Assembly: GCF_008831285.2 (NCBI RefSeq)
Contig: NC_045138.2
Span: 31,496,001 to 31,560,000, forward strand
DNA: 64,000 bases
From: Nymphaea colorata
Lineage: Eukaryota
Direction: 5' to 3'
The notes under the pieces are model-generated. The model saw only the letters and a list, made by a program, of their open reading frames with translations, had not been told where the DNA came from and did not search any database. Each line of letters starts with the position of its first letter. Position 1 is the stretch's first letter. Positions 23,324 to 37,914 of this stretch are shown piece by piece. Position numbers and translations under genes: made by a program.

Positions 23324-24405
23324 GCATTGTGAACTTGCAGTAGCAGGAAGATAGGCCTGGATGTACGCCTTTCGAGCGGGAAAGCTTTGAAACGAAATCA
23401 TCAAATGCTTGTTGTATGAGCACTGAGCAGTTTTGATAAATTTAGAGCAATCTCTCTCTCTCTCTCTCTCTCGCCTGGTTTGACTCGACCATTGATTCCA
23501 ACGGTTGACTGAATTAAATGGGCTCACTGGATATAGATCTGTTGGCCTTAATTCCATGTAAGGATGATTCATGTACTAGGTCGCATCCCGATGACCCAGA
23601 ACATCAGATTTATGGACATTGTTATGCAGTCTTCTGTCAGGACCTGCTGAGCGTCAACAAGTTAACGAATAACGACTAGGATTGAGTCGGCCCTGTGAGT
23701 AATCATTAAAAGGTAATGGAAGTCCATTACTCTTAGGTTTGCATACAGCATATATCACAGGGTGCACGCAAGATTGTATCTTACAGCAGAATCGTAGAGA
23801 ACTGAAAATTGTCAGAAACTTGAAAATTGAACACGAACTTGAACGGTAGGTTCATACTGCATACAACATCCTAGTATGTAAAGATATGCGCTTTTGTATG
23901 TGTGGGTGTGCGACTGTGTGGGTGTGTGAGAGAGAGAGAGAGAAACATGTTAACAGCACGCATCAAAAACTAGTACCTGCATTTCACGACAACAGGAAAA
24001 CTTCATTTTCACAATGACCATCACAACACATTTTACAAAGAAATACGAATGGCCAACCGTGTTAAGGTCGCCAAAGGAAAATGAAACTGATACAAACACA
24101 ATACAAGGAGGTAGGCAGGGAGCCCACCTCGTCAAAAACCGTCATCTTTGATAATACATGTACACTAAAGAGACAACACGAGGCTTTCAAATTCTCGACT
24201 GCCTAGATTCCATAGCCACACTACCGAATCCGCGTACTTCCCTCCCACCTTCAATTTACATGACCAACCAAAGCTTCTAGCTTGGATCAAGACCACCCAA
24301 TAACCGGCGAGCAAACTGCCTCATATGATCCTCAAACAAATGGGAAGAATGGAAGCCAACAATTAAATCAGGAGCAAGATGATCTCATTAAGCACTTTGA
24401 TGGTC

Positions 24406-27400
24406 TTATCCGAAAGGATTTCCTCCAAGAGAGGAAAAACTATTCGGCACAGACTGCTGCGGACCTCCAACTGCTGGCGGAGGTCCACCTCCAAGAGGAC
24501 CGTTCACTAACCCACCACCACCAAAACTTCCAAGGCCAGGTTGTAGTCTGCAAGGTCATAAATTCATCAAAAGCTGCACACATGAGTCTGTGATGCACCA
24601 GCAATCAAGAATAATATATATGTTATGCTTGGACTGCACATAATTCGTACGGCCCCACCAATTCATGGGGAGAGAAAAGTAGGGATGTAAGATCCAAAGC
24701 AGTTCTATGCAACGCATCCTAGAGCCCTATGGAGTTGATACCAAATTAGACAAACTGAATCTTCACCTTTAGTTGGGGCATGAAGTTGCTTTGCTTTTGA
24801 TGAGAAAAGATACTTTTCTCGTTCCAGATGCAGTATTCCCAAGTAATTTAGAAGTAATTTTCAAGCGAACCAAAAGTTAGAGAAGCATATATAGAGAACA
24901 ATTATTTAACGATCAGCACAACAAAAAAATTTGCAACTTTTGCACAAAAATACATAGGGCCATAGGATTAAGATACAACCTTTCACAATTAAACATGTAA
25001 TTCTGATACTCAAAACTTCTCAAACAAAAAGATAGACCAACTACAAGAAATCACCAGGCAGAAGTTTAGGAAAAATTAAATAGGGAGGCTACTGGTACAC
25101 TCATAAATGAAAGATTTTACGACTAAAAAGGAGGAAGCAGAACTGTCATTACACACGCACACACCTATATGTTGCAGAATGTGGGTAACCATGACTTAAT
25201 AGGTGAGAAGACCTACTAAAACATATAGAACTCTCAGTAAAAAAAAAAATAGATACGTGTATCAGAAAACGTCCAGACTTTTGTTGAATGTTGATAGAAA
25301 GAGAACTTGCGTTCAGGAGCCTACCCAAAATAAGCATCATATTTCTGAATTATGGACGATACGGCCCATGGCTTGCTAGACAACTGACTTCCAACTAAAG
25401 TCGCCCCCCTCCAAAAATGCAAAACTATATAACACCTCATATTGCCCTAAAATTAAAAAAATTCCTGGTTATTGTCATGAAAACAGCATGAATACCTTCA
25501 TGCCGATCAAGCTAACTTAGTTTCTAACCCTCTTCAGGATATTGGTAGAGCTGGTATCAAATTTGGTAGCTTTAAGCAAAACTGACGCCTGTCAGAACAT
25601 TCAAAGATGTAAGGCTTTCTAATGGACCCAAAGATAAAAGGCTAGGCCTTCAGCGGATGCATCTCTGACAAAAAGATCAAAAAATATCATTTAAGATTTC
25701 AGACGTATGAAAAGGAATACAACACCAGCAAGTAGGTTGACATAATACAGGTGGAAGGAACGAAGAGAACCCACTTGGAAACAAAACATAAGAGGTAACG
25801 TTAAGCTGAGAGCAACAACAGCTGCACTTTAGCTTGCAGTGAATGAAGCAGTAAGACACACAAAGCTGACCTCACATGGTCAGTATAGCCGTATGGGGTT
25901 TCATAAATGATGTTGGAAGAGATACAAATGACAAAAAATCGAACGAAATAAAAAAATAAATGAAATGAATAGTTCAATTAACATCAAACTGCATCAAGGG
26001 TTTGTGTTTCTGCCACTGCTAAGTGCTAAGAGCACCAACTTCTGTGAAAATGAGTCCGACAAGGAGAAAAGACTTACCCCACAGTCTGCAAGCTGTTAGG
26101 AATGTGCTGAGCCATGTAGGAACCTGCATGTATCAACATATTCAATAGCATTACATTCTGGTAGGTGATATCATAAGTATTATAAAACCGAAAAGGCCAT
26201 TCTACCTGGAGCCATTGACATTGGAAATGCCGGTGTTTGGGATGGTTGCCATTGAGAAGCAGGTGCAACAAAACTAGTGTTATGCATGACAACAGGAGTG
26301 GGCACATTCGGAAGTGCTCCTTGTAGAGACGACATGGAAGGAAACTATACCACAAGACACAAAACAAGGAACAACAAAGATGTCCTGTTTAGAAACAAAG
26401 CAAAAGATGCCAAAAATATAATCCAGTACTCTGATCCATTCACTTTGTATTTTACTCCCAAGATGCCGAGAAATTTCAAAAACAAAATATTTCACTTCAC
26501 GTCCCAAGTTTTTCCACTTTAATGAACTCAATCATGAGTTCAAGAAAAAGATTGAATTGAAAAATACACTCACCGGATTGACAGGACCTAGTACTGGTTC
26601 ATTGCTCAGATCAAATGGATTTGTTGACTTTGAAGATTGTGGAAAAGTAGTCATGGTCTGTAAAAAATCATGGTTCATTACTGGGGTCTGAAATACTAAT
26701 TGGAAAGTAACCATAATCACTCTTTAGCATTCACGCACCATTGCAGCAGGATACTGCCCAACAAAATTCATGCCAACCTGTGGACCAGGTTGCCAACGAG
26801 GAACTGGAGCAGGTGCCATTGAATAGAGAGAGAAAATATCCTGCATCACATGTTTTCATCTAAGAAATTTGCATATGAAGCTACAAGTCTATGTTTGAAA
26901 GATAATCTATCTTATTACCTCAGGTAGTGCCTTTCGAACATTTGGTTTGGCATCAACAGGATTAGGCTGTGATGCTGCCCCTAGAGCTTCTTGAGATGGC
27001 CTTGGAGCTGCTTGTGATAAATGGGTTGTTTGTACAGTTACCTGAGGTTGTGCATTAGGTGTAGGCATTGAATTCCAGGGCTGCAAAGGCAAAACACACA
27101 GGCAAGTACAAATCAACTGAGAAGAATTAACACATAGCTTGCCTCCAGAAAGTAAGTCAAACAACCTCCAGCTACCTGGCTATTTGGAACCGCATTAACT
27201 GGTTGAGCAAACTGCATATTTGCAGATTGACCATCAGTTCCAGGAAACAATGACGGCTGCTGTTGCTGAGTAACTTGCCACTGCCCTCCCATACCAGTGC
27301 TGAGAAGAGGATTAACACCACCAACAGGAATAGCAGTGGTTTGAACTGACAATTGTTCCAAAACAGATACCGGTTTTGTAGCATTTGACGATGTTGCAGC

Positions 27401-28645
27401 AGCTTTCTCCTGAGAGGAGTTGTCAAAAGAAGCCCAGTTATTGCTGCCAACTGATGGATTAGCTGATGGCTGAGAAACAGCGTGACTAGAAAAAGGGACA
27501 GGCTGTGCTGCAGTAACAGGAGCTGCAGGTTCTGCACTGAAGTCAATTAAACTCCCTGAGTTCACTCTCTTGAGTTGCGGCGTGCTTCCTTCAGTGGAAG
27601 CCATGCTACTCGAAGATGAAGTTCTCTGCATTGCAGAAAAAGCCAAATTGAAGACATCCTGAGTGATAAGATAGTATCTTAAGATTCCAGTAACACTTTG
27701 AAGATATCCAAATTGTACACTTTGAACAACTATTCTGAAGTTTACTTTTAATCCCTCCTAAGGTAGTTGAGAGGAACCATTCCTACTCCTCATGAGGGAG
27801 CGCTTTCAAGCCTGAAAATCAGGCAAAAAGGAGAAAATGGAAAGATGCTAAGAGCCCAACAAGAAAGTGTCCTTTAATATTTGTACAGCTGATTGCATAA
27901 AAATTCAGCTTTCTCAATAACCTATACAATTAGTTTCCCAAATTTAGACGGAAGCAATAGTGTGCCACCAGACAACTTTATGAGAATGGCCATGGTAGGC
28001 ATAAAGATTCAGAAGCTTATTGAACGGAACAAACCATAACTCAAAAGAGAAAAGAAACTAGAATGTGTGAATTATGATGCAGAACCAGAGCACTCAAAGC
28101 CATGAGAAGATTATGTTTGGTTATAAGCTCACTTTGCAACTGCTATCTTATTATTGAGTGGGACCTCCCCTTATCAGATGCTTGATGTTCCATTTAGTTC
28201 ATAACTCTTGCCATGGGTTATTATGATTCTACCTTGTAGCAAATATCACCGATTTTTTCAGTAAAAGTCTAATTTGTCTGATACATCATAACTCAAGGAC
28301 TAACCAACACGAGCACCTATATGCTTTTTCACAGCCTTAGATAAGTTCACTGAGATAAGAAAGCAAATAAAACCAAGCTTCTTTACAAGGATATAGCAAA
28401 TTTTCCAGTAGGTAGAATTCCATGCAAACTTGCTTAATTGAGGACAGTAAAAAATAACAGTCTCTGCTTCTTATGGCTAAATAATTTCATAGCATGAGAA
28501 ATTTTGTATACAGACAGTTCCGTCACCGTTTTTAGTTGAAACCCTCTAAGATCATGGCCAAGGGATAGCCATATTTTATCACAATAACTTCAATACTAGA
28601 CAGGTTAGTTCTTTCAGACATCAATACGATAATACACACATATAA

Positions 28646-28696
<51 letters not shown>

Positions 28697-31600
28697 AAAA
28701 ACATCAATTAAGAATCAAGTCCCCATTAAAGCAAAAAGGAGAGATGCATGTAACTTATAACTTACCAATCGGGACCCTTCATGTGAAGCAATATATGTCC
28801 ATCTCAGAAGAAACACTTGTTTTCATGCAAAGAAATCCTATGCAGCAGCATTCACTAACATGCTCTCATGAAATTCCATAATCAACAGTCTATATAGCCA
28901 TCTACCTCAGGAGATGCATAAAAAGGGACTCCTTAGTTCAAAAGATATGCTACTCACAATACTAGAAATAGGAAAAAACATATTTTGCATATTATTCAAC
29001 TATTTTTTCTAGCATCTAAAAGAAAATGCATGTGTAAGTGAAAGCATTATTCTTTCATGTGAAGGCTGAAAGAAGTGACCTGTGCATGAGCAGAACCGTC
29101 AGCAGCCTTAGGACCATTTAGTTTTGGAGGATCACCAACCTTTAAAGGTGGAACATCTTCACCCAAAATATCCCTAACAGGTCGTACCACTGGAGGACTA
29201 GATATACCTGAGTCCCTTTGATTATTGGGTGACCTCTCTTCTATCCTGGATGGCCCATCAGGAAAACGCCGATCTTCATATTTCCTACTCTGGTTCACAT
29301 TTCCAAACTTATCATCTCGGAACCTATCATCCACAACCTCAAAGCGTGCAGGACTTCTCTTGTAAGTATCTTCATATCGACTAGGACTTCTTTTATCATC
29401 ATACCCATACTTAGCATTTCTGTCATCATAACCTCTATCATCATAACGACCTTGTTCAGGCCTTCTCCGTCGATCATAGACATCCTCATATGATGGACTT
29501 CGAGAATCTCCACGATAAGCATCTGACCTCCTGTCATTTGAATCCTCCCTATCTCCCTGCACGGAGATGGGCAGTTTGAATACCATGCACAATGTTATCA
29601 CTAGAAGCCAGAAAAACAGAACAAGTGTGCCAACAACATTTTTGTAACAAACCATTTTCACCCTTGGAGGCCGATCTGCACTTCTCTCCCCAGTGTACCT
29701 TCTATCCACATAGACATGTTTAATGAAGTCCCTCAGCCTGTCAGGGTTACTGAAAATAAGAAGGACAAAATGTCAAATAGTTATTACAACAAGAAATCCA
29801 TTTCTTCAAATATTTTCCACGTAAAAAAGCTAAGAACTATACCTGCTATCAGGTGCCGAATGGCGCTGAGGGTCCCATTCTTTAAAATAAATTTCTCTTG
29901 CACGCTGAAAAAGATGCAAAGTATCATCCAAGCTATGAGTCTGTCCATGATTAAGGAGATGGAAAAGGCGTAGAAAGATATTGTTTCTGATACACATTAA
30001 ACAATACCTCATTTCCACCAGTCTGAAGCGCATTAACTTCTTGAGATGAAAACTTTGCCATGGAAACCGACTTCACACGATGGGTGAATTCACGACTAAA
30101 AGGTATTATTCAATAGAAATAAATCAAAATAAGTCCAGCAGCTGTATGCATCGGTTATCCAATAACAAAACAATTAAAGATAAAAGAGACACACACATAT
30201 CCGCATGCACCCTATGAATAAGTCTACAAGGACAGAATTGGTAAGTAACAAAGAAAAGCCATTCAAACTCACTGTATTCCACTACAGGTCGTGCAAACAA
30301 ATGTCCAGAAAGTTGTGCAGACATATTGTGGTCCCTGTTCAGCCAGAAAAAGGGCCATGTTAATCTGGAAGTTCCAGTTACATGAACAATTCTGACAATT
30401 AAGTGATCAAAACCTTAAAGGTATAGCAATAAATTCTGCTATACATCAAAAGTAAACCACAAAAGCAAAATAAAAGACAGAACAATTCTGACAATTAAGT
30501 GATCAAAACCTTAAGGTACAGCAATAAATTTTGCTATACATCAAAAGCAAACCACAAAAGCAAAATAAAAGACAGTATAGTAGACAAATAACTGCAATAT
30601 CTGCTAATAAATGTTTAACATCTCTCATTAGCATGCCAATTGCACAGGAAGCAGGTTAAAACAGATCAAAAAGAGAAATACCACTAAACAATGTGAACAT
30701 CCGTTTAGATTTTTAAACTATGTACTCAAAAGCACCTTGGACTGGCTAGGAAGTAGGAACCTGGTGGAGGACTTGTTTAGAAATCCATCAGACGTAGGGC
30801 TCAATCCCTCCCCTTCCTTCCACCATCTCACCACCATTAACAGCGGTGGAATGGTTCAAATTTTCCAGCCATTACTGGCCAGGAGTGGATGGGCTACCCT
30901 CACCCTATGGCTGCAATTTTCCAGCTACCTACTAAACAGAAATTGCCAGATTTAATTTTTCTCTTTCTTTTTCATTTTTTCATTTCATGGCATCCACTGG
31001 CCGCAAAATGGGCTGAGTAGAGTCACCCAGCAAAAGTGAAACGGCCCATTTTCTGGCCAGTGGTTGCCGGAGAACAGCTGTTTTTTCTATATTTAGCATT
31101 CTGACCAGTTCTCCAGCACACCAACCACAAAAGGCAAGTCAGGGTCACAAAGCATATCGGACCTTGGTTGGCCCATTGTCCAAGTAGTAGCGGTTGGAAA
31201 ATGACCATCATTCTTTTTCCTCTAGTCTTTTCAGCTACTATCCTTTTTGATTTTTTACCAAAATTGTGTTTTGTCAGCCAACAAAATGCGGAACCAGGTT
31301 TTTGGCAAACTTGGATTGCAAAAAAACCTGGTTTAGACTTTAGCTTTAGAGGAAAATACTGGTTTTAAGGAAACGAGGTTTACCCCTTTGTCATCCAGAC
31401 ACCACCTTATGATTTTCTTCTCTTTCAGCATTTTTAAAATTTTATATGACTACAAAGTGTACAGTAACATGTGGTTTTTCTTTCAATAGCTTTTGATTAT
31501 TTAAGCTAATGTTACAATCTTTGAGTTGATGTTATAAACTTACTCTCAGTCCAACTAGGCCAGGTAGTCCAACTCCAACCTATGCTCTGACCAGGTCTAC

Positions 31601-33060
31601 TAGACTGACTAGTGCCTAGGCTACTAAAGTGACTAGTGTCTTTGACCACACGCATGAAAAATATGCAACTATTTCAGATCTAACACCAAAGAAGAAAAGG
31701 ATAAGTTGCTCCAAAACATCAGTCAAATCTCTTGCCAGCTCAATTGACATTTTGCATCTGAGCACTTGTATAACCATAAGTAGTGAATGAGAATGTCCTT
31801 ATATGCCCATGCAACACTAGCTGGGTATAAATGCAATGACACTTGTACTCCAAAAGAATGGTCCCAAGGTGCGGTAAGATGTGCTTGTGTTGCTTATGCA
31901 CATGCATGCACGCGCACACACAGATATGCACATACACACAAATATATGCTAAAAAACCCTTAGAAGCGCAACAGCAATAAAGAAAAAGCCAAGTGAGGCA
32001 TTAATGTACATGGTTGATCCTTTCCATATATAGTAATGTTAGTCAGGGTCGATACTTTGAAATCTATAAATAAGGACATGCATCAACGGACACCGAGATG
32101 GAATCCACAAGGCACAAACATACACCTTCACAGATGGGTGTTCAAAATGCATCGGAACGTGTACAATCTCAAAGTGAAAATTTGTTATGAAAACTATGAT
32201 TAGGGGTTGGAGTTGTAGAATCAGCATGGAATCCACAAAAGTGCTCCCACGCAGACAATTATAAGCACCTAGCACCTGTAAGCAGTACACAATCAAGCAG
32301 AAGTAGCAAGGTTCGACTGGGAACATTGAGCAATTTAACAAGGACAAGTTGGACTCCTGAAAGATGTAACTTGATAGGATAGACCATAAAAGATTAAGAT
32401 CATGAAAGTTATTAAGCAACTCGTTCATATACATTTAAGGAAAGCCACACCTAAAGTGGAAACATGCAATTGTTGTCAGAAAATCATTCACAAAACAAGC
32501 AATCAATAGTTGCATAAGAAATAGAGCTAGCAAAATAAGGAAAGAACCATCCTTGTACGTTCAAAATGGCTTTTTTTTTAGCAACTTGGACAGGGAACGA
32601 CATAAGCTCGGTAACAGTAACAGGACAGTAACACCAACACTCGAATTCCAGAAGCATGAATTCCATATGTCAAGAAAAAAAAATGATAGAAAGATCTGAT
32701 CAAGCCCATGAGCCACAACCAGCGGTTGTCAGCACAAAAATCTTCTTTATGTCCATAAAAACGAAGTTCTCGCATAAATGAAACTCGTTCACCAAAAACA
32801 AGTAATAAACTCAAAAGCAGATACAGTGCAATGAAAGAAAGCAAGGCAACATATTCTCTGACTCACACGGCAAACAACATATACAACCAGGATCTGCGCT
32901 TCCTTCCATTTGAACTCCCATGAAACGAAAACAACAATCAAGGCATACAAGAGCAACCCACCAGGCTATTGCAATTTATGCACTTCCGATTCGCCGGGAG
33001 CTTCAAGAGTCCTCGAATTATCTTTTCATTCTTCTCATCCTCCTTCATGCGATTCGCCAT
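24406..33060 (-). CDS. AGD14: ArfGAP-domain protein, AGD14/ZIGA4-like (13 exons, ~669 aa)
   Basis: Exons 33060-32962, 30334-30273, 30095-30008, 29904-29843, 29749-29653, 29556-29080, 27625-27176, 27080-26919, 26840-26739, 26657-26574, 26344-26206, 26123-26078, 24547-24406. All introns are GT-AG and the total of 2010 nt is in frame. Reads MANRMKEDEKNEKIIRGLLKLPANRKCINCNSLGPQYVCTTFWTFVCTTCSGIHREFTHRVKSVSMAKF (ArfGAP zinc finger), with SLIDF, WASF and NPF motifs, ending GGNPFG*. Confidence 0.93.
30385..30575. repeat. ~96-bp tandem duplication in ArfGAP intron 1
   Basis: AACAATTCTGACAATTAAGTGATCAAAACC...AAAATAAAAGACAG at 30385 and 30481, with few differences. Confidence 0.92.
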
Positions 33061-33349
33061 CTCTGCCAATTCTCCTGCTTCACCAACCCGAAAGAGAAAA
33101 AAAGGGCCGCTCATCACCACAAGAAGAAAAAAAAAAGGACTTTGAACAAGAAACGCATAATCTCCTCCCCAGAACACAAATCAGACCTTAATTAAACGAG
33201 GAAGACCGTAACTTCGCCGGAAAACCAACAAAAGTACCAATTTGAAGCGACCAACCAAACGGGATCGAACCGTCTTCCACCAGATCAGCTAAAACCCTCC
33301 CTTGCTCGCCAAAAATCTCCACATACACGCTCTCAGAGAGAAAGTGCAA

Positions 33350-33471
33350 GAGAGATAGAGATAAGGAAAGAGAGAGAGAGAGAGAGAGCTAGGTGATAAG
33401 GGTCTTCAATGGCTCAGCGAAAACCCTAGCTGATCCAACAGAGCGTTAGATCGTCTGGATGCATGAATTCT

Positions 33472-33500
<29 letters not shown>
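33350..33500 (-). promoter_or_regulatory. ArfGAP promoter/leader with (GA)n tracts and telo-box
   Basis: (GA)n at ~33369-33388 and ~33472-33497. AAACCCTA at 33421-33428. Confidence 0.55.
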
Positions 33501-33503
<3 letters not shown>

Positions 33504-34185
33504 TTTGTGGGGATTTCCCCTTCCTTAAATTCCTTTATTATTGCTTTTCTAGCGTTCGATGCATGCAAAATCATTACGGGGCAAAATTTTATTCACCTTT
33601 TTTCTTTTTACTATTTTATTCCATTCTGAAGGAATTTCTTTTACACGAGGAGCTGAATAATTTATCTCCGAGGAGTTGACGGAATTGCCCTTACTGCATT
33701 TACCTCCGTCGTTACAAATTTTCTTCAAAATATGAATTAAAAAATGACGATACGAGTCAGACGCCCTGTCCTCCTTTTCTCTCGATGCCGATTCATTCGC
33801 ATGAGTTTGGAATCGAAGCTTCTCTAAATCTGGATCGGGTCATAAATCGTGGACTCAAATCCCAACCAAACCCGTTTGCATTGATGTGAAACAAACGCCA
33901 TAAGCTGTGTTTGGTTGCTTTCCTGATCAAACAAGGGACAAGAATGCCCTAAAGGATAAGACAGACGGGACATCCCATCCCAAAAGATGGCAATTGTGAC
34001 AAAGCATATCATTTTTTTCATATCCATCATTAGACTTTGATTCTTTGATTGAGCAGACTGAGTTGGAAAATTGCAATACAGCCGGACCAAGTAGAATTCA
34101 ACCATATTAAAAGTCAGTTTATGTGGGAATTTTACTGAAAAATATGATATTGAAATTCACTCATTAACTAAAATATATATTTATA

Positions 34186-34368
34186 AATTGAATGGTGATT
34201 CTAATTTTTTTAGAATCACTCAACCATCTAATCAAAACTGTCAAATTCAGCACGACAAATGAAAAATGTAATGAATATTTTCATCATTTAGTATTACCTC
34301 TTATGTTTTCTCTCAACCATATATCTACATCAAATGAATGATTGGTAGCCACAATCACCATTAATTCA

Positions 34369-34370
<2 letters not shown>
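34186..34370. mobile_element. MITE flanked by TA repeats
   Basis: TIR AATTGAATGGTGATT / AATCACCATTAATT. TA tracts on both sides. Homologous to 7796-8003. Confidence 0.6.
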
Positions 34371-34422
<52 letters not shown>

Positions 34423-36940
34423 AAAAAGGAAGAGATTGTACTTGTTTTTTAATTTCTCTGTTTTTTTTAGTTTTTTATTTTTGTAGTTAAGTTTCAATTT
34501 TTAAGATTGTTGGATCTCATCCTCCAAGCAGTTGGTGCAACGGACGAGAGGGGGATAGTAGTCACTCATTCTTTGCTTCAAACTTTTATGGCACCAACTT
34601 TCTATATTGTACAAAAAAAAGAGTACTTTTATGAAAGTTAAAGCATAGTGAGTGCATCACGATAGATAAAGAGGAGGTTTCAACATTTACTCAAACAATT
34701 GCCTCATGCTCACCCTAAAAATGGGTGGATCTTAAATATTAGGAGGCTTCAAACCTAAAAAAAACTGATTTCACTTTTTATATATACAACTGGTGAACCT
34801 GTTGAGTAATTGCTGCAGGAACAACCTTCCACAAGGAAGTAAATATCGATCTTATTTCTGACAATATCAAAAAGAGATGCCGGACAAATCATGAATCAAT
34901 CATTATCGAATGACAGGACGTCACATTAAGAATTTAAAGTTGAAGGCGGCCAACAATTTAATCAATTTGTGCCAATTTACTACTGAACAAATGTGAGATT
35001 AATCTTCATACTCACCCGAACAAATGTAGTTTTCACAAAATATTCTCAATCAATCTGATCTCACTGAATCTGTGTCTTTTTTCAAACATGCCTAATTTGT
35101 GTATAACCTGATCTCGTGTGGGCTTCCCAGAGGGAAACCTGTCAAGCTTTTACAACTTTTTTAGCCATGATAGTTTGCATTGATGTCTGATATTTATTGA
35201 CATATAAGCAGTTGCTTGCTTATGGGGCAAGTTAATAGAAGACATCAGTTTTTGTTGATATATATATATATATATATTTGGTAAAAACCAGACACTTAGG
35301 TTAAGAATAAAAACCATACCCATTGATTTTTTTTTGTTAAACAATTATTTTAAAGAGAAAAAATAAACATACTAATATATTTATAAAAAATATTTTGATA
35401 TAAAACACGCTTTGATTCAATTTGTTTTGATGAAAAATATTGATTTTTTTATTATCATGACATGGGGACCATTCACTTTTTCTTATTATAAAACACCATT
35501 AAAGTCTAACAAATGATCAACTTAGCATATGTTTTGCATCAACTCCCTTAAGATCGAATCAATATTGAAAAAAATAAAAAATCAAAATCAAATGGTCTGG
35601 TTTTCATCCCTGACATAAGTGTTTGGTTTTCACCAATTTCTCTACATATGCATGAAAATTAGAATGCATTTCGTGGGAAACAAATACTATCAAAAGCATA
35701 CATCAATTGCACAATAAAAGGCAATTAATATAATGGGGCAGTAATAGAGTAAGATACACAGCCTGGCACACTTTGGTACACAAGACAAAGAGTAGGAAAT
35801 TGAATAGGGGCAAAGGCAGGGTCTAGGCATATCTATGAAATTTTTTACACATATTCACAAAAAGTGTTTATTTTCATATTGGTACCTTAACTTAATGTTT
35901 TTATTTACAAATTAATACTCGTTAAAAAATTAAAATCTTGTTACTAGTGACCCTTACTTAGCCAAAAATTTTTGACTCCCCCTCTATCTTGAATTCACCA
36001 TTCTTATATATTTCTATTGTTGGGGCCAGGGCCGGCCCAATGCTCAAGCCTACTATTGTTGATATTGAAAGAGGTTGGCAGAAGGACGGAAGGAGTTGAG
36101 TAATTACTCATTGTACAAGATGAGACAAGTCTACTACATAATGCCAATAGGCTGTAGGACTTTTACTCATTATTGTAGAAATGGAAAACAGAATTGCATG
36201 GCTCATACTGCCACTTCAATACAGCCTAACAAGCGCGCCGAAGCCCCCACCCTTCCTTCCATTCTCCTAGAGTGACTGGCTCACACACTGCAACTTCAAC
36301 AAGTCTGTAAAAATTTAGTTATACCTGTGGTGGTTGGCAGAAAATATAATGAATTATTTGTATTTTTTAAATTTAAATAAAACATACAAAATTAAATAGT
36401 AAAAAAAATAAGAACTTTAAAATTGCTTAAAAGTTAATAAAAAAAAGATGGGGTATCTGAAAACACCAATTACAAGGATGGGTACTATAGTAAAATAAAT
36501 AGGTGCACATGATGAACCAATTCTATGTAGCATTTTCATTGAAAACGGCAGCCCACGAGGTACACTTTTCTTCGCCTTAAAATAAGGCAGTCACTGTGAG
36601 GAGGGCCGTCGATTTGTTTGGCATGCACCGAACATGAATCGTATGTCAGACTTTTATTTTATTTTATTCATTCGTTTGATCAATAAGTTGGAGCCCATAT
36701 GATATGATTGGAATGCGTACCAGGCCCTTTCACTTCCAATAGATGGTGAGACTGAGACCTAACCAGCCAGCTATCTCACTGGGTCCAGCAGTTGCAAGAA
36801 GTTTAAGGGACCAAGACTCGTGTGACCCCAATCGGTTGAAGTGTCGCTAACTCATTTCGGAAGAAGCAAGGAGTACCTAACCACATGTTTGTTCAAATGA
36901 AGATATCAATTCCGTTGCTTTTGGAGCCTCCCTCCTTTCA

Positions 36941-36976
<36 letters not shown>

Positions 36977-37813
36977 CACAGAAAATAGACCCATTAAAAT
37001 TAATTATTGGAAACTTTTTTGTTTTTATAATATAACCTTATAGACATGATCTGAAGAGTAATTTAGTGAGAAACATATGTCAAGTTAGTCATTTGTTTTA
37101 CTGTAATAATGTTTTTTCAATAATATAAAAACGTGCTCTTATGACATCAAAATTTTAACAGTCAAAAAATCAATTTTTTTTTTACAAAAATAACTTTGGC
37201 TAAAATATGATTTATACTAAATTGGTGCTTATAAACGCAATAGAAGGTTCACATTTTACTTAATCTTTCAACATAATTTAAAAGGTATCGTTACTGATGT
37301 CTACTAAATTATAGAAAGAACACATAAAGGCGTCTACTTTTAAGGGAAATAATGGCGAGCCACTAAACTTTTCAAAATTAACAAATAGGATGTAAAGGTT
37401 TCCCCATAATGTAATATGAGAATAGTAATTTGCAAAATTGCAATTTTATAAGGGTTTAATGATAAATCCTTTGTTTTCTTAGTGAATAAAACCTTACTCA
37501 GATATTTTCAAGATCTTTTTTGTGTTTGTATTTGATATAGCTTTCATGACTGCTTGCAGTTAGATGTATCAAAAAGGACTTAAAAGACATGTAAAGAATG
37601 ATGAAAGAGATACTCAAATCTATTGTTGCGGAATGACTAAAAATTTAAAAACCGTCACTAAAAAACAATTGCCACAACAACACTAGCCACAGTTTTATTA
37701 TGCAACAAAAGTTTGCTAGAGTAGAGTAGCAGTAGGCCGGCAACTTTATTTCTCTTCGCATTAAATGTTCATAATTGATCAATTAACATTTTTCAATTTT
37801 TTAGGAGCTCATT

Positions 37814-37851
37814 GTCTCTTCCAAGACATCCGATAAAATTGGAACGATACA
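37814..37851 (+). pseudogene. U6: 5' fragment of U6 snRNA (38 nt), truncated pseudogene
   Basis: GTCTCTTCCAAGACATCCGATAAAATTGGAACGATACA matches the recalled plant U6 5' end GTCyCTTCGGrGACATCCGATAAAATTGGAACGATACAGAGAAG. Similarity stops inside the ACAGAGA box. No USE or TATA box upstream. Confidence 0.85.
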
Positions 37852-37914
37852 AGATTTTAGATTGCTCGGAAGCGGTTTTGGCTAGGGTTTGGATAAATTA
37901 CACAGTCATACAAT

